From NCBI RefSeq assembly GCF_001194135.2, contig NC_068989.1, positions 1,953,479 to 2,017,478 on the forward strand: 64,000 nt of DNA. Direction: 5' to 3'. The notes below the pieces were generated by a model. That model did no database searches. It was not told where the DNA came from and saw only the letters and a program-made list of their open reading frames with translations. Of this stretch, positions 36,810 through 50,100 are shown in pieces; position 1 is the stretch's first letter, and each line of letters begins with the position of its first letter. The translations under genes and the position numbers were made by a program. The DNA is from Octopus bimaculoides. Lineage: Eukaryota.

Positions 36810-39800
36810 CTGAAAGAACAAGAAATAAAATGTTAATGATATTGGACTTAAAAACGTACATCTATTCTCGTTTATCACTGATTCATTTATCACTGATCTG
36901 GGACAACATGGTACACTCAACTGTGAACAGGCTCCTTTATTCATTTATCTCTGATTGATTTAACATGGTTTCTTTTTGGAACCAAACATTCACGATAAAC
37001 GAGGATGTATGAATGAATTTGAGACAAAAATGCTGCAAGTCTACCAACAAGACCGTCTGCCAGCTCACCGTCTTAATATATAACAACAATAATAATAATT
37101 TCAAATTTTTGCCACAAAAGCAGCTTGGGGGAGGTGGGGATGAGTCGATTACATTGACCCCAGTGTTCAACTGGTACTTATTTTATTGACTCCGAAAGGA
37201 TGTATAGTGATGTCGGTATGTGACATCCTATAATTTTTATAATTGCATGCAAGAAAGAGGGGTCACCTGTGTTCCTTTATATAAGGGATGAACTGGAAGT
37301 CCCTGGAAGGTAATTGGAATGTCGAGGGAGATTACTCTCGTTAAATCCCTTTTTTGTGTTGCTTTCCTGCTTGACCACCAGGGGTCACTACAAATGAAAA
37401 GCAAAGTCGACCTTGGTAGAATTTGAACTCAGAATGTAGCGACAGGCGAAATACCACTATGCATTTTGCCCGGCTTGCTAACCATTCTGCCAGCTCACCA
37501 CCTTACTATATAATAATAAGAATAATTTCTTACATAGGCACAAGGCTAACTTTTAATCATTTTTAATACAGCACAAAGCCAGGCAATTAGGTCTGTAGTA
37601 AGATTTAAATTTGGACTGTGTGGTTAATAAGTTAAAACTTTCTTACAACCACTGCATTGCGGCCCTTGAGCAAGAATTCCACTTTGCTAAGACTTCTTAA
37701 CAAAACAGAATAGAAAAAAAAAGCTTTTTCATAGCTGGTTGGTTATTTGTAATGGGAAAGTCATTCATGTGGAAAAAAAATATTTGTTTAACAAAAGAAA
37801 TGAATCTTGCTCAAGTGGTAATGTGTGGGTCTCTACTGAGTCACTTGTCTTGCTGGAAAAAGCAGCTTAATTTCATCAGTCACATTCTTCTGCCCTATGA
37901 AAAGGAAGGACACAATGAATATTGTCTAAAAACAGAAAGATGATGAGTTGGTCATGTGTAGAACATAGTTCTGGTTGATCAAGGCTGATCTACAGCCAAA
38001 CAACAATTATTCATACAAACAAGGGAGAAGGAACACTTCTTGTCCTTAATATCCCAAGAGCTTATTGTGAGCCTCAGTATCCTGAGAGCTATGCTAGCAG
38101 AGTGCAAGCTTCCGGTAGGACCTTCTAAGTTGGATGTGTTAAAGGACAAGGGTCAGACTAAGACGGTCCACCTCTTCCCAGGAGTAAAAAGGGCCAACAC
38201 TCCAATCAAGATAAAAAAACACGGTTACAGAAGCATCGACGATAATTCAAAATGAAAAAGATCTGGGAGAAGAGAAGACAGCCCAGGCTCATAAACAGTG
38301 GGGGAATGTCACTGATGGCCTGAGCTCCCTAAGGAGTGAAAGTTTTAGTAAATATTAACAAACATCAGTTAAAATAAGCATGTAAAGCTCACCATTTGTT
38401 CCACTCCAAAGATTACAATGTTATCAAACTCTGACAAATCAGTCTGAAAATACATAAAGAAAAAATAACAATGAAAATGGCAATAAAGGTTTATTCAAAG
38501 CTGTGCCCCAGCATGGCCACAGTCCAATGACTGAGACAAGTAAAAGCTAAAATACTTTCATATATAAATATATATACATTGCTCAACCCATGCCAGCATG
38601 GAAAACGGATGTTAAATGATGAGGATTCGTAGAGAAATGTTTCTATACAAAAGACCTACCTTCCACAAGTCCTGCCTTACAAAACCAACTCGTTGGTTCA
38701 ATCCCAGTCGCCATGACCTAAATTTAGAGTAGAGCACCAACCAGATATTGAGCTCAACGCCTGTCGCCTTGAAACCATGCTTTGCTGCTTCTAACACCTG
38801 GAGTAAAGAACAAAGCAAGACCTTATTTACATTTGACGGATTTTTGTCCTCATCTTGTTTCTTGTTAACACAACGTTTCGGCTGATTAAGTGCTAAAGTG
38901 TTAAATTCTGATATGGTCAAGTTAATGAATGAACTTCTGCTTAATCACTTTACGTTTTGCAGGACATAGCATCCAAATCTCCTTCAAATTGCACCTTACT
39001 GTCTTAAATGAAGGAAAGGCACATAAGATAATGTAGTGCAAGGTAACCCCCTCCCCCCCAAAAAAAAGGCAAGATGGTTATGGTTGGGTTGTTCTGGGTC
39101 ATAAGCTTGCCTAGTCAGGGTTGACTGGAACTAAACAATAAATCTTGCTGAGCTTGATTTTGCCTTTCATCATTGTAACAAAAGCACTCAGAGAGCGCAA
39201 ACCTCTGCCAAGGCAACACCAACGTCCTCTCAATGATTAGCCAGAGGTGATTTTTAAAAAGAAATTATCTGAAATAAACTCGACTGCTCTCACAAACGAG
39301 AATACTAAAAATGGACCTGACCGCTCTCAAAAATTAAGTAAAAAAAACTGGAAAAATAATCCAGAATCCTTGTCTGGTATCTGATCAATCCCAATGGTAG
39401 TCATGGAATGTGAAGGTGGGTGTGCAGGCTGTGTTTGTAAAGCTGCGTATGTGTCATCTGCAGTGGAAACAGAGACAGTTTTCTCTATGAAGGCCATTTT
39501 TGACTATTCACTGTCTTATAACATTTAGCTTTCCTGGCTGGAGGTCATCTCGTGAGGGCTACTCAGCCTTCTGGTAATGTTCATGATCGCCCCATAGGCA
39601 AAGAAAACACGAATGCTTAGTGTACACACCCTGTAATCCAAGTAAGAAGGCAAACATTTTAAAGTCGCCACAAACATCCCATTTAAACTTATACTTTCTC
39701 AAGGAGCAATTTTACATTGTCATATTCTTCCTTCATCTGTATCGAGTTATGCAATAGGCAGGGATGGATGCGAATAATGGAGGTAAAATATAAACTTTGG

Positions 39801-41243
39801 GAATGAATGATTTACTGGTAGAGTAGAAAAATGTTTTATAGCAAGAGTTACGTTACGCAACAACTTGTGATCAAGTGATGTTAGAGATTTTGTTTACAGA
39901 CAATTGATGCATGATGGTATGTATGATGGTATGTGTATATGATGGTATGTACGATACGTGATGTATGCTGATATGTGTATATTAGTGTAATTCGACATAT
40001 CTCGCAAACGGTCGATGGGAGAGAAAAAAAGAAACACATTTTTGGAATCAGCACAAAATTCTGCATTAAAATTACTCAAAACAATAAGACAACCAAAACT
40101 TTTGTGAAAGTTTGTAACCCAGTGTATTTTGTCGCTTTTAGCAATGCCCCTTCACGCTGTGAGTTCAAATCCCGCTCTCGATCTATTTATCTTTACATTC
40201 TTCCGAGGTCGATGAGAAATACTGCATCTTAGAAGCGCTCCGGCAAAGAGACATTGCAATGACTGAAACCAATAACAGAATCGCCATTATTCTGCCAAGG
40301 TTTACGTGTGTAACTCTTGGAACAAACAGGATAGAACGAAACTGAAGATGTTAGCTACGTTATTAGCATGGTCCGGTATAACTACGTTGGTCTTTGGCAA
40401 CACTTTAGCAAAATTTTAAAGTTCTGGACTACATCTTTAGTTTCATATCAGAGAAGAGTTCATAAGGTTGGGCTTCGTTCAGTAAGACCCACAATGAGGA
40501 TAACTATTGTACTTCGGGCACCGGGGCCCACAATTCCACTAAACGAAACACAGTACTTACTGCACTGAGATATTGATTCCACAAAATAATTCCAAGAAAC
40601 TTATCGCTTTCAAAATAACCGCGCAATTTCCACGTATAAGGTGCCCAACGTGTGCTGGGGTCGACTTAATTGACTTTATCTTCTCGCACAAATTTCGAGC
40701 CTACAATATTTACATTTTAATAAAGCGAAGACCATAGTTTAGCTGCTCTCGTTTACCTGTCATTTTATTATTTGGGGGGGGGGGGGACGATAGAAGGTGA
40801 TCTGAAAAAGATTTGACTGCTATTTTTAGCAGGTAAAATGACAACGAGGAAGCTCCATCTGTTGTACGGACCAGAAGTTGTTTCATCAAATGTTTAGCTG
40901 GAAGGTTACATTAACATACAAAATTAGCAAGATGAGGTATGTTTAAAGTAGAAAGATAGATCGAACTTACAATGCGACCGTCACCACTGCCAATGTCAAG
41001 TAAGGTCCCACCACTTGAGCCTCTTAATGCCCTCATCACATTTTGAACTTGAGTCGTGGTTGCTGGGACGAACGGAAGGCACACTTTACGAAGAGCTGGA
41101 GACAAGAAAGGTGTCACCACCGCATAGAAACCCACTGCTATCGCACCTGATATTCCTAATATTGTTGCCCCAGTCGTAGTTAATTTATATTTCGTGTTTA
41201 TATTCTGATTTTCAGCAGATATTATTACCTCAACATCACTCAT
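36615..41243 (-). CDS. ATPSCKMT: FAM173-family mitochondrial lysine methyltransferase (ATPSCKMT/FAM173B-like), 4 coding exons, 218 aa
   Basis: complement join(40971..41243,38660..38797,38393..38443,36615..36809). Has a TM segment plus TPFLSPALRKVCLPFVPAT pre-MT motif, motif I LLDIGSGDGRIV, GVELNIWLV, DLWK, NIVIFGVEQMM, VVACRFPFPDW and GIDTVWLY. All junctions are GT-AG, phase 0. An alternative upstream in-frame ATG lies at 41357. Confidence 0.9.
38393..38443 (-). CDS. ATPSCKMT: FAM173/ATPSCKMT-like exon 3 (TDLSEFDNIVIFGVEQM)
   Basis: 51-nt exon not in the ORF track; acceptor ttttcag, donor ATG|GTGAGC. Confidence 0.92.
38660..38797 (-). CDS. ATPSCKMT: FAM173/ATPSCKMT-like exon 2 (VLEAAKHGF...RQDLWK)
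   Basis: acceptor ctccag; donor AAG|GTAGGT. Confidence 0.92.
38823..38886 (-). mobile_element. Truncated copy of the Penelope-like/hammerhead repeat
   Basis: Minus strand atcagcc GAAACGTTGTGTT aacaagaaacaagatgaggacaaaaatccgtcaaatgtaaataa, near-identical to 31356-31423 and 52251-52311. Confidence 0.75.
40971..41243 (-). CDS. ATPSCKMT: FAM173/ATPSCKMT-like exon 1 (MSDVEV...DIGSGDGRI)
   Basis: gcaccATG context at 41243; donor ATT|GTAAGT at 40970; start codon uncertain. Confidence 0.85.
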
Positions 41244-42039
41244 GGTGCTTCTGAGGACGAAACGTGCTTCAAGTGTAAATAGTGAACTGTAATTATCTCC
41301 CTTGTATTTCAGGGTAAAAGCTTTTTCGAGGAAGATTTGGTCTTTCTTCAAAGACATGATTTTCGAAATAGCTTTACATACATATATATATATATATATA
41401 CACAGACACACATACATACTAGCAGAGATACCCGGCGTTGCTCAGGATTAAAATGGCATAGTTTTTAATTGCTTTACTTTGTTTCAGTCATGTGACTGCG
41501 GCCACGCTGGAGCACCGCCTTTATTCGAAGAAATCGATCCCAGGATTTATTCTTTGTAAGCCTAGTACTTATTCTATCGGTGTCTTTTGCCGAATCGCTA
41601 AGTTACGGGGACGTAAACGCAGTAACATTGGTTGCTGAACGATGGTAGGAACACACATACAAACATACAAATATATACGAAAGTCTTCTTTCAGTTTCCG
41701 TGTACGAAATCCACTCCCAAGGCTTTGGTTGGCATGCTGTGCTTGAGGAGACCTATTGAGTCAAGTACATCAACATCAAAATGAAAATCAAATGGAAATT
41801 GTAGTTGTGATCTCTGTGCCATTGGCATGTAAAAAGTACCATCCGAATGTGGTCCGTGTCAGCCTCTTCTGGCCCCTGTGCTGGTGGCACATAAAAAGCA
41901 CTCACTACACTACACAGCCGTAGAAAATCATGGCAAATCAGACTGGAGCCTGGTGCAGCATTCCAGCTTACCAGCCCTGGTCAAACCTGTCCAACCCATG
42001 CCAGCATCGACAACAGACGTTAAATGATGATGATGATAT

Positions 42040-42640
42040 ATATCATCATTTAACGTCTCCTTTTCCATGCTTGAATGGTTTGACATGGACAGATGGTTTC
42101 TATTAGCTGGATGCCCTTCCTTGCACCAACAACTTAACAGAGTGTACCCGGTGCTGTTTTGTGACCCTCAGCACTTGTAAGGTCACCAAGCAATTTGTAA
42201 GACAAGACCCTACACACTCCTTGCCTCAAGTGATTGGGATATTATAGTACTGAAGGATAAGAAAGCAAGAGAGGGGGACAGGAGCAGGTGTCTTGCTGAA
42301 GAAGTAAATATATGTGGTGTGCCATCTGAGGGGGGGGGGTCGAGATACAATCTGAATATGAGACAGAATAGGACAGAGAAACAGAAAAGGTTGAATTGGT
42401 CTGTAAGAGTGCTAGAATGCGAATAGTGAGACATGATTAGTAAGAGGGAATGAATGGGTGTGTAGGGAATACCAGTTTAGTGGAAGAGAAATGAAGGAAG
42501 GAAGGAAATAGGGTTCCACAGAAGATTGATGGAAGAATGGGTTTATGAGGAGTCGTGGGTGAAGGACTGAAAGAATCTCGGTTCTGTTGAGATGGAGGAG
42601 TCTTTTCAAGCACAGAATATTGCTGTTAATCTAAATCCCT
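42040..42640 (-). mobile_element. Decayed RTE-type LINE 3' region
   Basis: (cat)n tail near 42043; ttgtaagacaagaccc and ggtgtcttgc.gaag blocks shared with 11221-11350. Confidence 0.5.
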
Positions 42641-43727
42641 TGTCATCCCTTCCAAGAAGCTTAAAATTTTGAGGTCAGTCTTCACCACTTCAGAAAAACA
42701 TGTCAAACCATAGAGAAATATTACCTTGCTTGGAAACAGGTGAAGGTTGGTGACAGCAAGGGCATCCAGCTGTAGAAAATCTGCTGCAATAAATTGTCTG
42801 ACCTATGCACATATAGAAAGGGGGACACTTAATGCTGAAGATGATGTGTCTAGAACTACATTCCCCAGAGTATCTTCCCATTTTGCCAACGGAAATAACA
42901 ACTCTTCCACTTCTTATCTGCCTATTACATTGTCCCTGCCACCATTTAGTAACAGGAACTGTAAGCAACACCATTAGTAACAGGAATTGTTTACTAACCA
43001 TGACTAACATGTCTTCCTTTTTGGTCAGTTATCATCATCATCATTTAACATCTGCTTTCCATGTTGGATGGTTTGACAAGAGTTGGCTAGGCAGAAAACT
43101 GCACCATGCACTCCAACCACTCCACAAATATTTTATCTTGTTTGCTCCACCATACTTAAAATGGTATAGTCAGGGATTTGGCTACCAATTATTGCAGGGT
43201 CAGCAGTCGCTTGGAAACTCCTTCAAGACTTGAGCTACCTTGTCTACTTCTGCAGTGTCTATGGTTATTGGAGAAAGAGAGTATAACACGTCTAGACTGT
43301 CACACTGTGCCACCACAATCCACAGTGTGCAGCATTTTCACCAGTGCGTAGTATGGAGGATTGTTGAGACTGGAACAATGGATTGTAAGGTATGTCCACT
43401 CGTTTGGCTGACAGACCCAAGTTAAAACAGCAATTACCTGTGGACCATAGAATCGTTTGAATGAAGGTAACCTGGGTTTAAACACCATTGGCATTTTGGT
43501 GAGAAGGTCATGGGCAAGGAGTTATAAACAAAAAGGTATTTACAAAATACTATAAATATATAACCTATGCAATAATGAAACAACCATTCCATTATACCAA
43601 AGAATCAAAGAGAAGGAGTTAAATATAAAAATTGCTTTTTTTATTATTATTTATAACCAACCCCTTATCATAACAATAATAATAATAATAATGATAATTA
43701 TTATTATTATTGTTGTTGTTGTTTATT

Positions 43728-43865
43728 TTATCCAACCCGTTTCCCCATCCAGAACTTTGGTTTCGATTTGAAGTTGCGTGTGATATCATGAGCAGATCTA
43801 CGAAGCTTCTTCCGTTCCAAATGATGCTCTTTTCTCTTTCTATGTTCCAATTCTTCATCTTTGTC
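43728..43865 (-). CDS. NOL10: NOL10 exon 19 (DKDEELEHRKRKEHHLERKKLRRSAH...GKRVG*)
   Basis: acceptor ttattgcag; TAA at 43730-43728 immediately followed by AATAAA. Confidence 0.92.
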   Translation of the reverse strand, partial: DKDEELEHRKRKEHHLERKKLRRSAHDITRNFKSKPKFWMGKRVG

Positions 43866-46800
43866 CTGCAATAAAGAACAGAAACCATTTTATTTAAAAT
43901 GACAATATAAAAAAATTAAAAACAAAAGGAAAACTAAGGTAGGGCTCCAGCATGGCCACAGTTAAAAAATATTCATAAATTTCCTTTCCTTTTTAAAGCT
44001 TCTAATTATTTTATTTGTTGTTTATTTCCAGATTTTGTTTTTTCCTTCAGGTATAGTGTATCTAGGACTACATTAATCAGTGTTCTTTCTTTATTTGTAA
44101 GATGATAAACTGTAATTTGAGTCTGTTTTGGCTGTTATTACTAGCATGGTAAATGTCCATTGAGTGATTTAAGCTATCAGATAATTAATTCTGAGATTTC
44201 ACATCCAAATCTGCTGCATGTGTTTTTCTTATATCTTGGGGCAAGACACCTTATTCCCCATACCCCTGTTAAATTAGGTGTCATTGAGGATGTCATCAGT
44301 GTGGCTGCTAAAGTTGCAGCCCCAGAAAAGGGATCACAACACCCTATTTATTTTATTCCAAAGAAAGAATCCAATCCATGGGATCAGACATGCACAGGAA
44401 CGGCTGTGTGGTCGAGAAGTTTGCTTCCCAACCACATGGTTCCAGGTTCAGTCCCACTGCATGGCCCTTTGGGAAAGAGTCTTCTACTATAGTCCTGGAT
44501 ACACCAAAGCATTGTGAATTGATTTGGTACATGGAAACTGTACAGAAACCTGTTGTGTGTGTGTGTGGGGGGATGTGTGGCTGAAACACAGACCTGGGAA
44601 CGAAAGAACAATTCAGGTTCAAATCCCAGTGGAGACAGAATTTTGGAAAGCAGCAGGAGGACCCCCAGGAGTCATGACTTGGGTGGGACCGGCTCCCATA
44701 GAGAAGATACACAGTCTGTAGGAAACTTACCTTCTTCAATGTGAACGAGAATTCCATGTGTCCTGATAAAGTATCTCGGTTCGCTTTGGCTTCATCTTCA
44801 TTCTCTTCATTCAAACGTTCAAACAAACTTCTCCTAAAAGACAAAAAAACAACAAAAAAAACAAAAAGAAAACAGAAATGTAGATACAGATCATCATCAT
44901 CATCGTTTAACGTTTGTTTTCCATGCTGGCATGGGTTGGATGGTTTGACTGAGGTCTGGAGAGCCAGTGGCTGCACCAGGGTCCAGTCTGACAATGTTTC
45001 TACAGGTGGATGCCTTTCCAAACGCCAACCACCCTAAGAGTGTAGTGGGGGCTTTTTACACGCCATCGGCACAGGAGCCAGTCAAGCGTGCCTGGCATTG
45101 ATCACGCTTGGAATAAACTACAAAATATTGTTTTCAAATATTGACACAAGGCCAGCAATTTCGAGGGAGATGGGTGGGAGGAGTTTGAACAGACAAAATA
45201 CCACAAAACATTTTGGCCATTCTGCCAGCTTGACACCTTACAAACCATAAAATATTAGTTGCAAAATGACTGAGTGGTTCGAATCTCAGTGGAGGTGGCA
45301 GTAATGTTGTTGTTATTGTTTAATCTAGGTCAGTCATGATCAAGCAGATTGATGACATGTAAGTGATGAGTAAAGTTTTTTAACCACAGGTCATCCTTGA
45401 TTGAGCTGATTTATGACACAGAACTAGTCAGCTGATCAATTGCTGTTGTGGGTTAAAAATGAAAACCATGCCAAGAACTTACTAACAATCATCAGTGTTA
45501 GGCTATCATCATCATCATCATCGTCATCGTCATCGATCTAACGAGCACTTCTCCATGCTTGTGTGGATTGGGTGGGATTTGTTGATGTGGATTTTCTACA
45601 ACCACATTCCCTTCCTGTCACCAACCCTCACCTGTTTCCACGTCCGGTAAGATTCCACCCCCATGGGATGGGGAACCAACCATGTTTTTTTTTTTTTTTA
45701 CAGAAGATTGGGAATGAATGACATAGCTGCTTGTATAACAGTGACACTCGTTTACAACTGTTATGCAATGCCAAGGCAATGAGACACAAACAAACACACA
45801 CACATTTATGATGGGCTACTTTCACTTTCTGTTTCTATTAAATCCATTTACATAAAGTGCCACACAGCAGGATTGAATCCAGAACCATGTTGTTGGGAAG
45901 CCAACTTCTTACCACACAGCCACGCATGTACAAATATACAAAACACCATAAAAAAACAAAACCAAAAGAAAACTAGAAATAGAGAAATACTAACTTGTTT
46001 TTCTTTTTTGCTTTTGATAAAACATCATCACCTTCTTTGAGTTCAAAGAATTTCGGTTTTGATTTCTCAGCAGATGCTTTGCTCTCAGTGTTGGTCAAAT
46101 CATTTTTAACATGTCCTCCTCTCTTGTCCTTCTCAACAGTTCTCTTCTTTTCTTTCAATTTCTTTTTCCCCTCAACCCTTCGATGTTGTTCCCTTAACTC
46201 TTCCTTTACTTTCACCTCATCTTCCTCACTCGTACTGTCGTCAGTGCTGGATTCGTCCTCACTCGCTTTACCTTCCAATTCTTCTTGCTGTAAGGAATGG
46301 AAAGTTAGCAACATGAATGAAGTAGAAAACTAGTAGGATAAGTACCAAACAAAACCTAAGCCCTGGGGGTCAATTTGTTTGACTAAACCCTCACAAGGTG
46401 GTGCCCCAGCTTGGTCGTAGTCCAGTGACTGAAACAAATTCAAGATGAAGGGGGAGGGGGCAGTCATTGTCAGTTTGAGGAGCACAAGGGTTAGAGAGGT
46501 ATAAAGAGAGAGAGTGGGAGGGAGAAAAAGAAAGAGAAAACTAAGAAGATAATATGAAATGAATTGAGAAGAGTTATAGATGGAAGGGAGTTGGAATATG
46601 GGCGTTGGGGGAGAGGAAGAAGGAGAGGAAAGGGAGACGCAATAAGGTGGGAGGAGACAGGGGAAAGAGTAAGAAAGAGAGGGGAGGAAGTAGGAATAAG
46701 GAGGAGATAGGAGAAAGGAGACAGAAGAAAGAGTACGAAAGAGAAGGGAGGGAGTAGCAATAAGGAGGAGACAGGAGAAATAGTAAGAAAGAGAGAAGAG

Positions 46801-47148
46801 ACAGAAGAAAGAGTAAGAACGAGGAGGGAGGGAGTAACAAGAGCCAGGGTGCATACCTCAACAGGTTTGAACTGATCTTTGACTTCTTTCTTTTTCTGTT
46901 TCTTGTGAAGATCTTTTTCAAGTTTCGTAATTAGGGGACTGATTAAGTGGAATTCTTTGCTGGTGCGATCGATTCGGAAGTTTTTGTTGTGGAACATGGC
47001 GGCAAAACGTTTGTCTTTCAAGAGGTTTGGCAGCTTTTCTGATTTCTGTGGGGAAATAAGAGAAAATATTTCAATAGATGGCACCATTCATAGAGATCTT
47101 TGGTGGCACACAAACATATATACATGTTTATACACGTGTATGTATGTA

Positions 47149-47195
<47 letters not shown>

Positions 47196-50100
47196 CTGTT
47201 GAGAATATATAGAGAACATGCACAGAAGCTTGTAGTTACTGACCTTGGCATCAGCGCCTTGTTTTTCATCTTCTAAATCTTCCATCAGCTTGAGAGCCAG
47301 GTCTTTGTTGATAGGAGGCAGTTTCTGCACCAAGAACATTAACCATATTAGGCAAAAATGATATAAACACATATTTATATTCAGTGCATGCAATGTATGT
47401 AGGAAAAGAGAAAGTAATTGAACGAATGTTATCATTGATAAAAGTCGTGGACATGTTTTGACATATCACAGTACACAGTATTGACCAGACCGTCAGATAC
47501 TGTTATACACCACTGGTCACAATGTGCTTCCAATTCTGTCTTGATTGCACCATTCTTTTCTATCTGGACCCAGATTGCTTAACTAGATCATCTTCTCATC
47601 AGCATGGAGGCCTTCCAAGTGGCCATTTCAGATCTCTTGGATATAATTTGGCAACTGTATGGGTCCACCTGTTGTCTGTGAACCTGATGACATGTCCAGC
47701 CCAGAGGAAATTGTGCTTTTGGGACTCTGCAATCACATCTTTCACTCTGCTCTTGAATAATCTCATTTCCAATGTGCTCTCTTAATGATATTCCTATTTC
47801 TTCCAAAGTTCAAATTGATGATGCAAGTGCTTATTTTTAGAATGACATTGTAGGGTAAGTGTGAAAGACCAGACTTGGTTAGTTTGAACACAAAACAGGC
47901 AGAATACTTGGGCTGGATTCGGCCAGTTTAAATGCTGAAAGGTTAAAAAGACATCCAAATCTGACCTTTCATCAACTCTCGCACATTTGACCTTTCACTC
48001 TAACATTTCATCAAGTTATTAAAATACAAACCTCAAGTTTGACATGAGTGGTTCGACTTTTCTCAATCGTTTCTCGAATTTTTTCTTTCTTGTATTTATC
48101 GTATGCAAACGGTTCAATGATTGCTTTTGCCTTGCAAAAAATAAAATAAAATAAAAAAATAATAATGATAATTGTTATTAAGAAATTATAAAAACAAACC
48201 CTCAACGACACTCCTTTCCGTAAATACTATTTATATAATGATAATAACATATTATTTCCTCTGTTTGTTCTTACCTGTCTTCAATGCATGTATCTGAGGG
48301 TTACACTTTATGCAACCTTCACTATGGAAGAAAACTGAAGACGTAAAGGAAATATCTAAAATAATGAGTGTCAAGAAGATCGATAAATTTATGCATTAAA
48401 ATGGAAATAAGAACATTTTATATAAAGTGGAATTTCTACGAATCCTGTTTGTTCTGCAATAACGCTTGATAATAACTGAATGCCTCATTTAACTGAAACA
48501 GCCCTGCCTCTCTCCCTCTCTTGGAACCCCTACAATGTATAGACCCGCTTCACCTACAAACTTCATGCTAATGATGCCTTACAAAAACCTAAACTGAAGA
48601 TTAGTCTCCTTAACCTCACCAAACTGAGCAAACTTAATAAGTTCATGGTTATGGTACCCTCCTCTCCATTCTGCAGAATCACAGGCTTTCCTCATTTTCT
48701 TGCCATCTTTTACAAATCCTTTGAATTTTTGATCCTCTTTGAGTCCCACTGATAAAAAAATGGATCTATTTTTTGTTTCTCAAAGTTTCTAAATCCTTAT
48801 GACATAAACAACAAACAATTCTGATAGGTACAAACAAAACTTCTAAAATGGATGGAGAAATTAAAAAAATTGCTTTGGTCCAGTGGTAGAATGTCTTGTC
48901 ATATTTACAGAAGAAGTGGGTTCAAGTCCCACAAGCAGCTTTTGACATTTTTCTATCGATGGGCATATTTTAACCCAATATTTACATGTTATTATTATAG
49001 CTTTATCTATTTTGAGTTCCACCCTCGAACCCTGCCCCCCCCCCCCCAAAAAAAAACATAAGATTTATTTTAAGTCTCTTGAAGTTTCTAAGTTCTGATA
49101 TAAACAGCAAAATCTTAATTTTAAGTAAAATATGGGAAAAAGGTCTTTCTTCCTCTTCTGAAAAAAAAAAAAAAAGAAAGGAAGAAAAAATATGGTAGCA
49201 GTTGCCCCTACCTTATGATAGAGACGGGTGTCCATAAAGTAACCATGCATGTAGGCACGTAACATCTTGGAACCAATCAAGTGTGACAGACCAATCTCTT
49301 CCAGTTCGTTTCGTGTGACAAACTTGTAGTCGTCATATACTGAAATATTTACCAAACGTGTGAGATTAGAGAAAAAGCTTTGACTCGTGTAGCAATGTGT
49401 GGAGAGAAGATTTGGTGGAGCTGTTTGGAAATCTATGATGTGACCGTGTCAGGAAAATTCACCGCAAATGCTTTTGCTGTAGGAAAATTTTCTGTTAAGG
49501 AAACACAAGAACACGATAACCGAGTTTTGGGCAATTATCTTTCTCTGATTGGTAGGTTACTTGAGAAAGTTACCATTTCAAGAAAACAGCTAAATTTTTT
49601 TTGTTTTACAATAAATTTTCCTACAGCAAAATTGCTTGTGGTGAAATTTCCTGTAACTCAATGTGACACAACTGACTGGACATTCAGCGTGTTTGGGTGA
49701 CAATAGAAGTGTTGGAGGCAAATACACACACACACACACACAAAAGGTTTCTTTCAGGTGCTATCAACCAAATCCCCTCATAAAGCTTAGGCTGGCCCAG
49801 GGTTATAGAAGATACATGCTCAAGGGGGCCATGCATTGGGACTGAACCCAAGGCCATACAACTGGGAAGCTAGCTTCCTAACCACACAGCCATGACTGTG
49901 CCTACACAAAGTGAAAAAACCCTTTAGAATTTGAAGAGGTTTTAAACAACAACATAAAAGTCCAAAGACAAACTAAAATTAAAGCCAAACTTACCTGTTT
50001 CTATTTTGCTTTCTTCGAGTTCTTCAGTCAAACTATCCAAAAATGAACACCATTTTGGAGCAGTACCAATCGACTGAAAGGAAACCATGAACAATAACAG

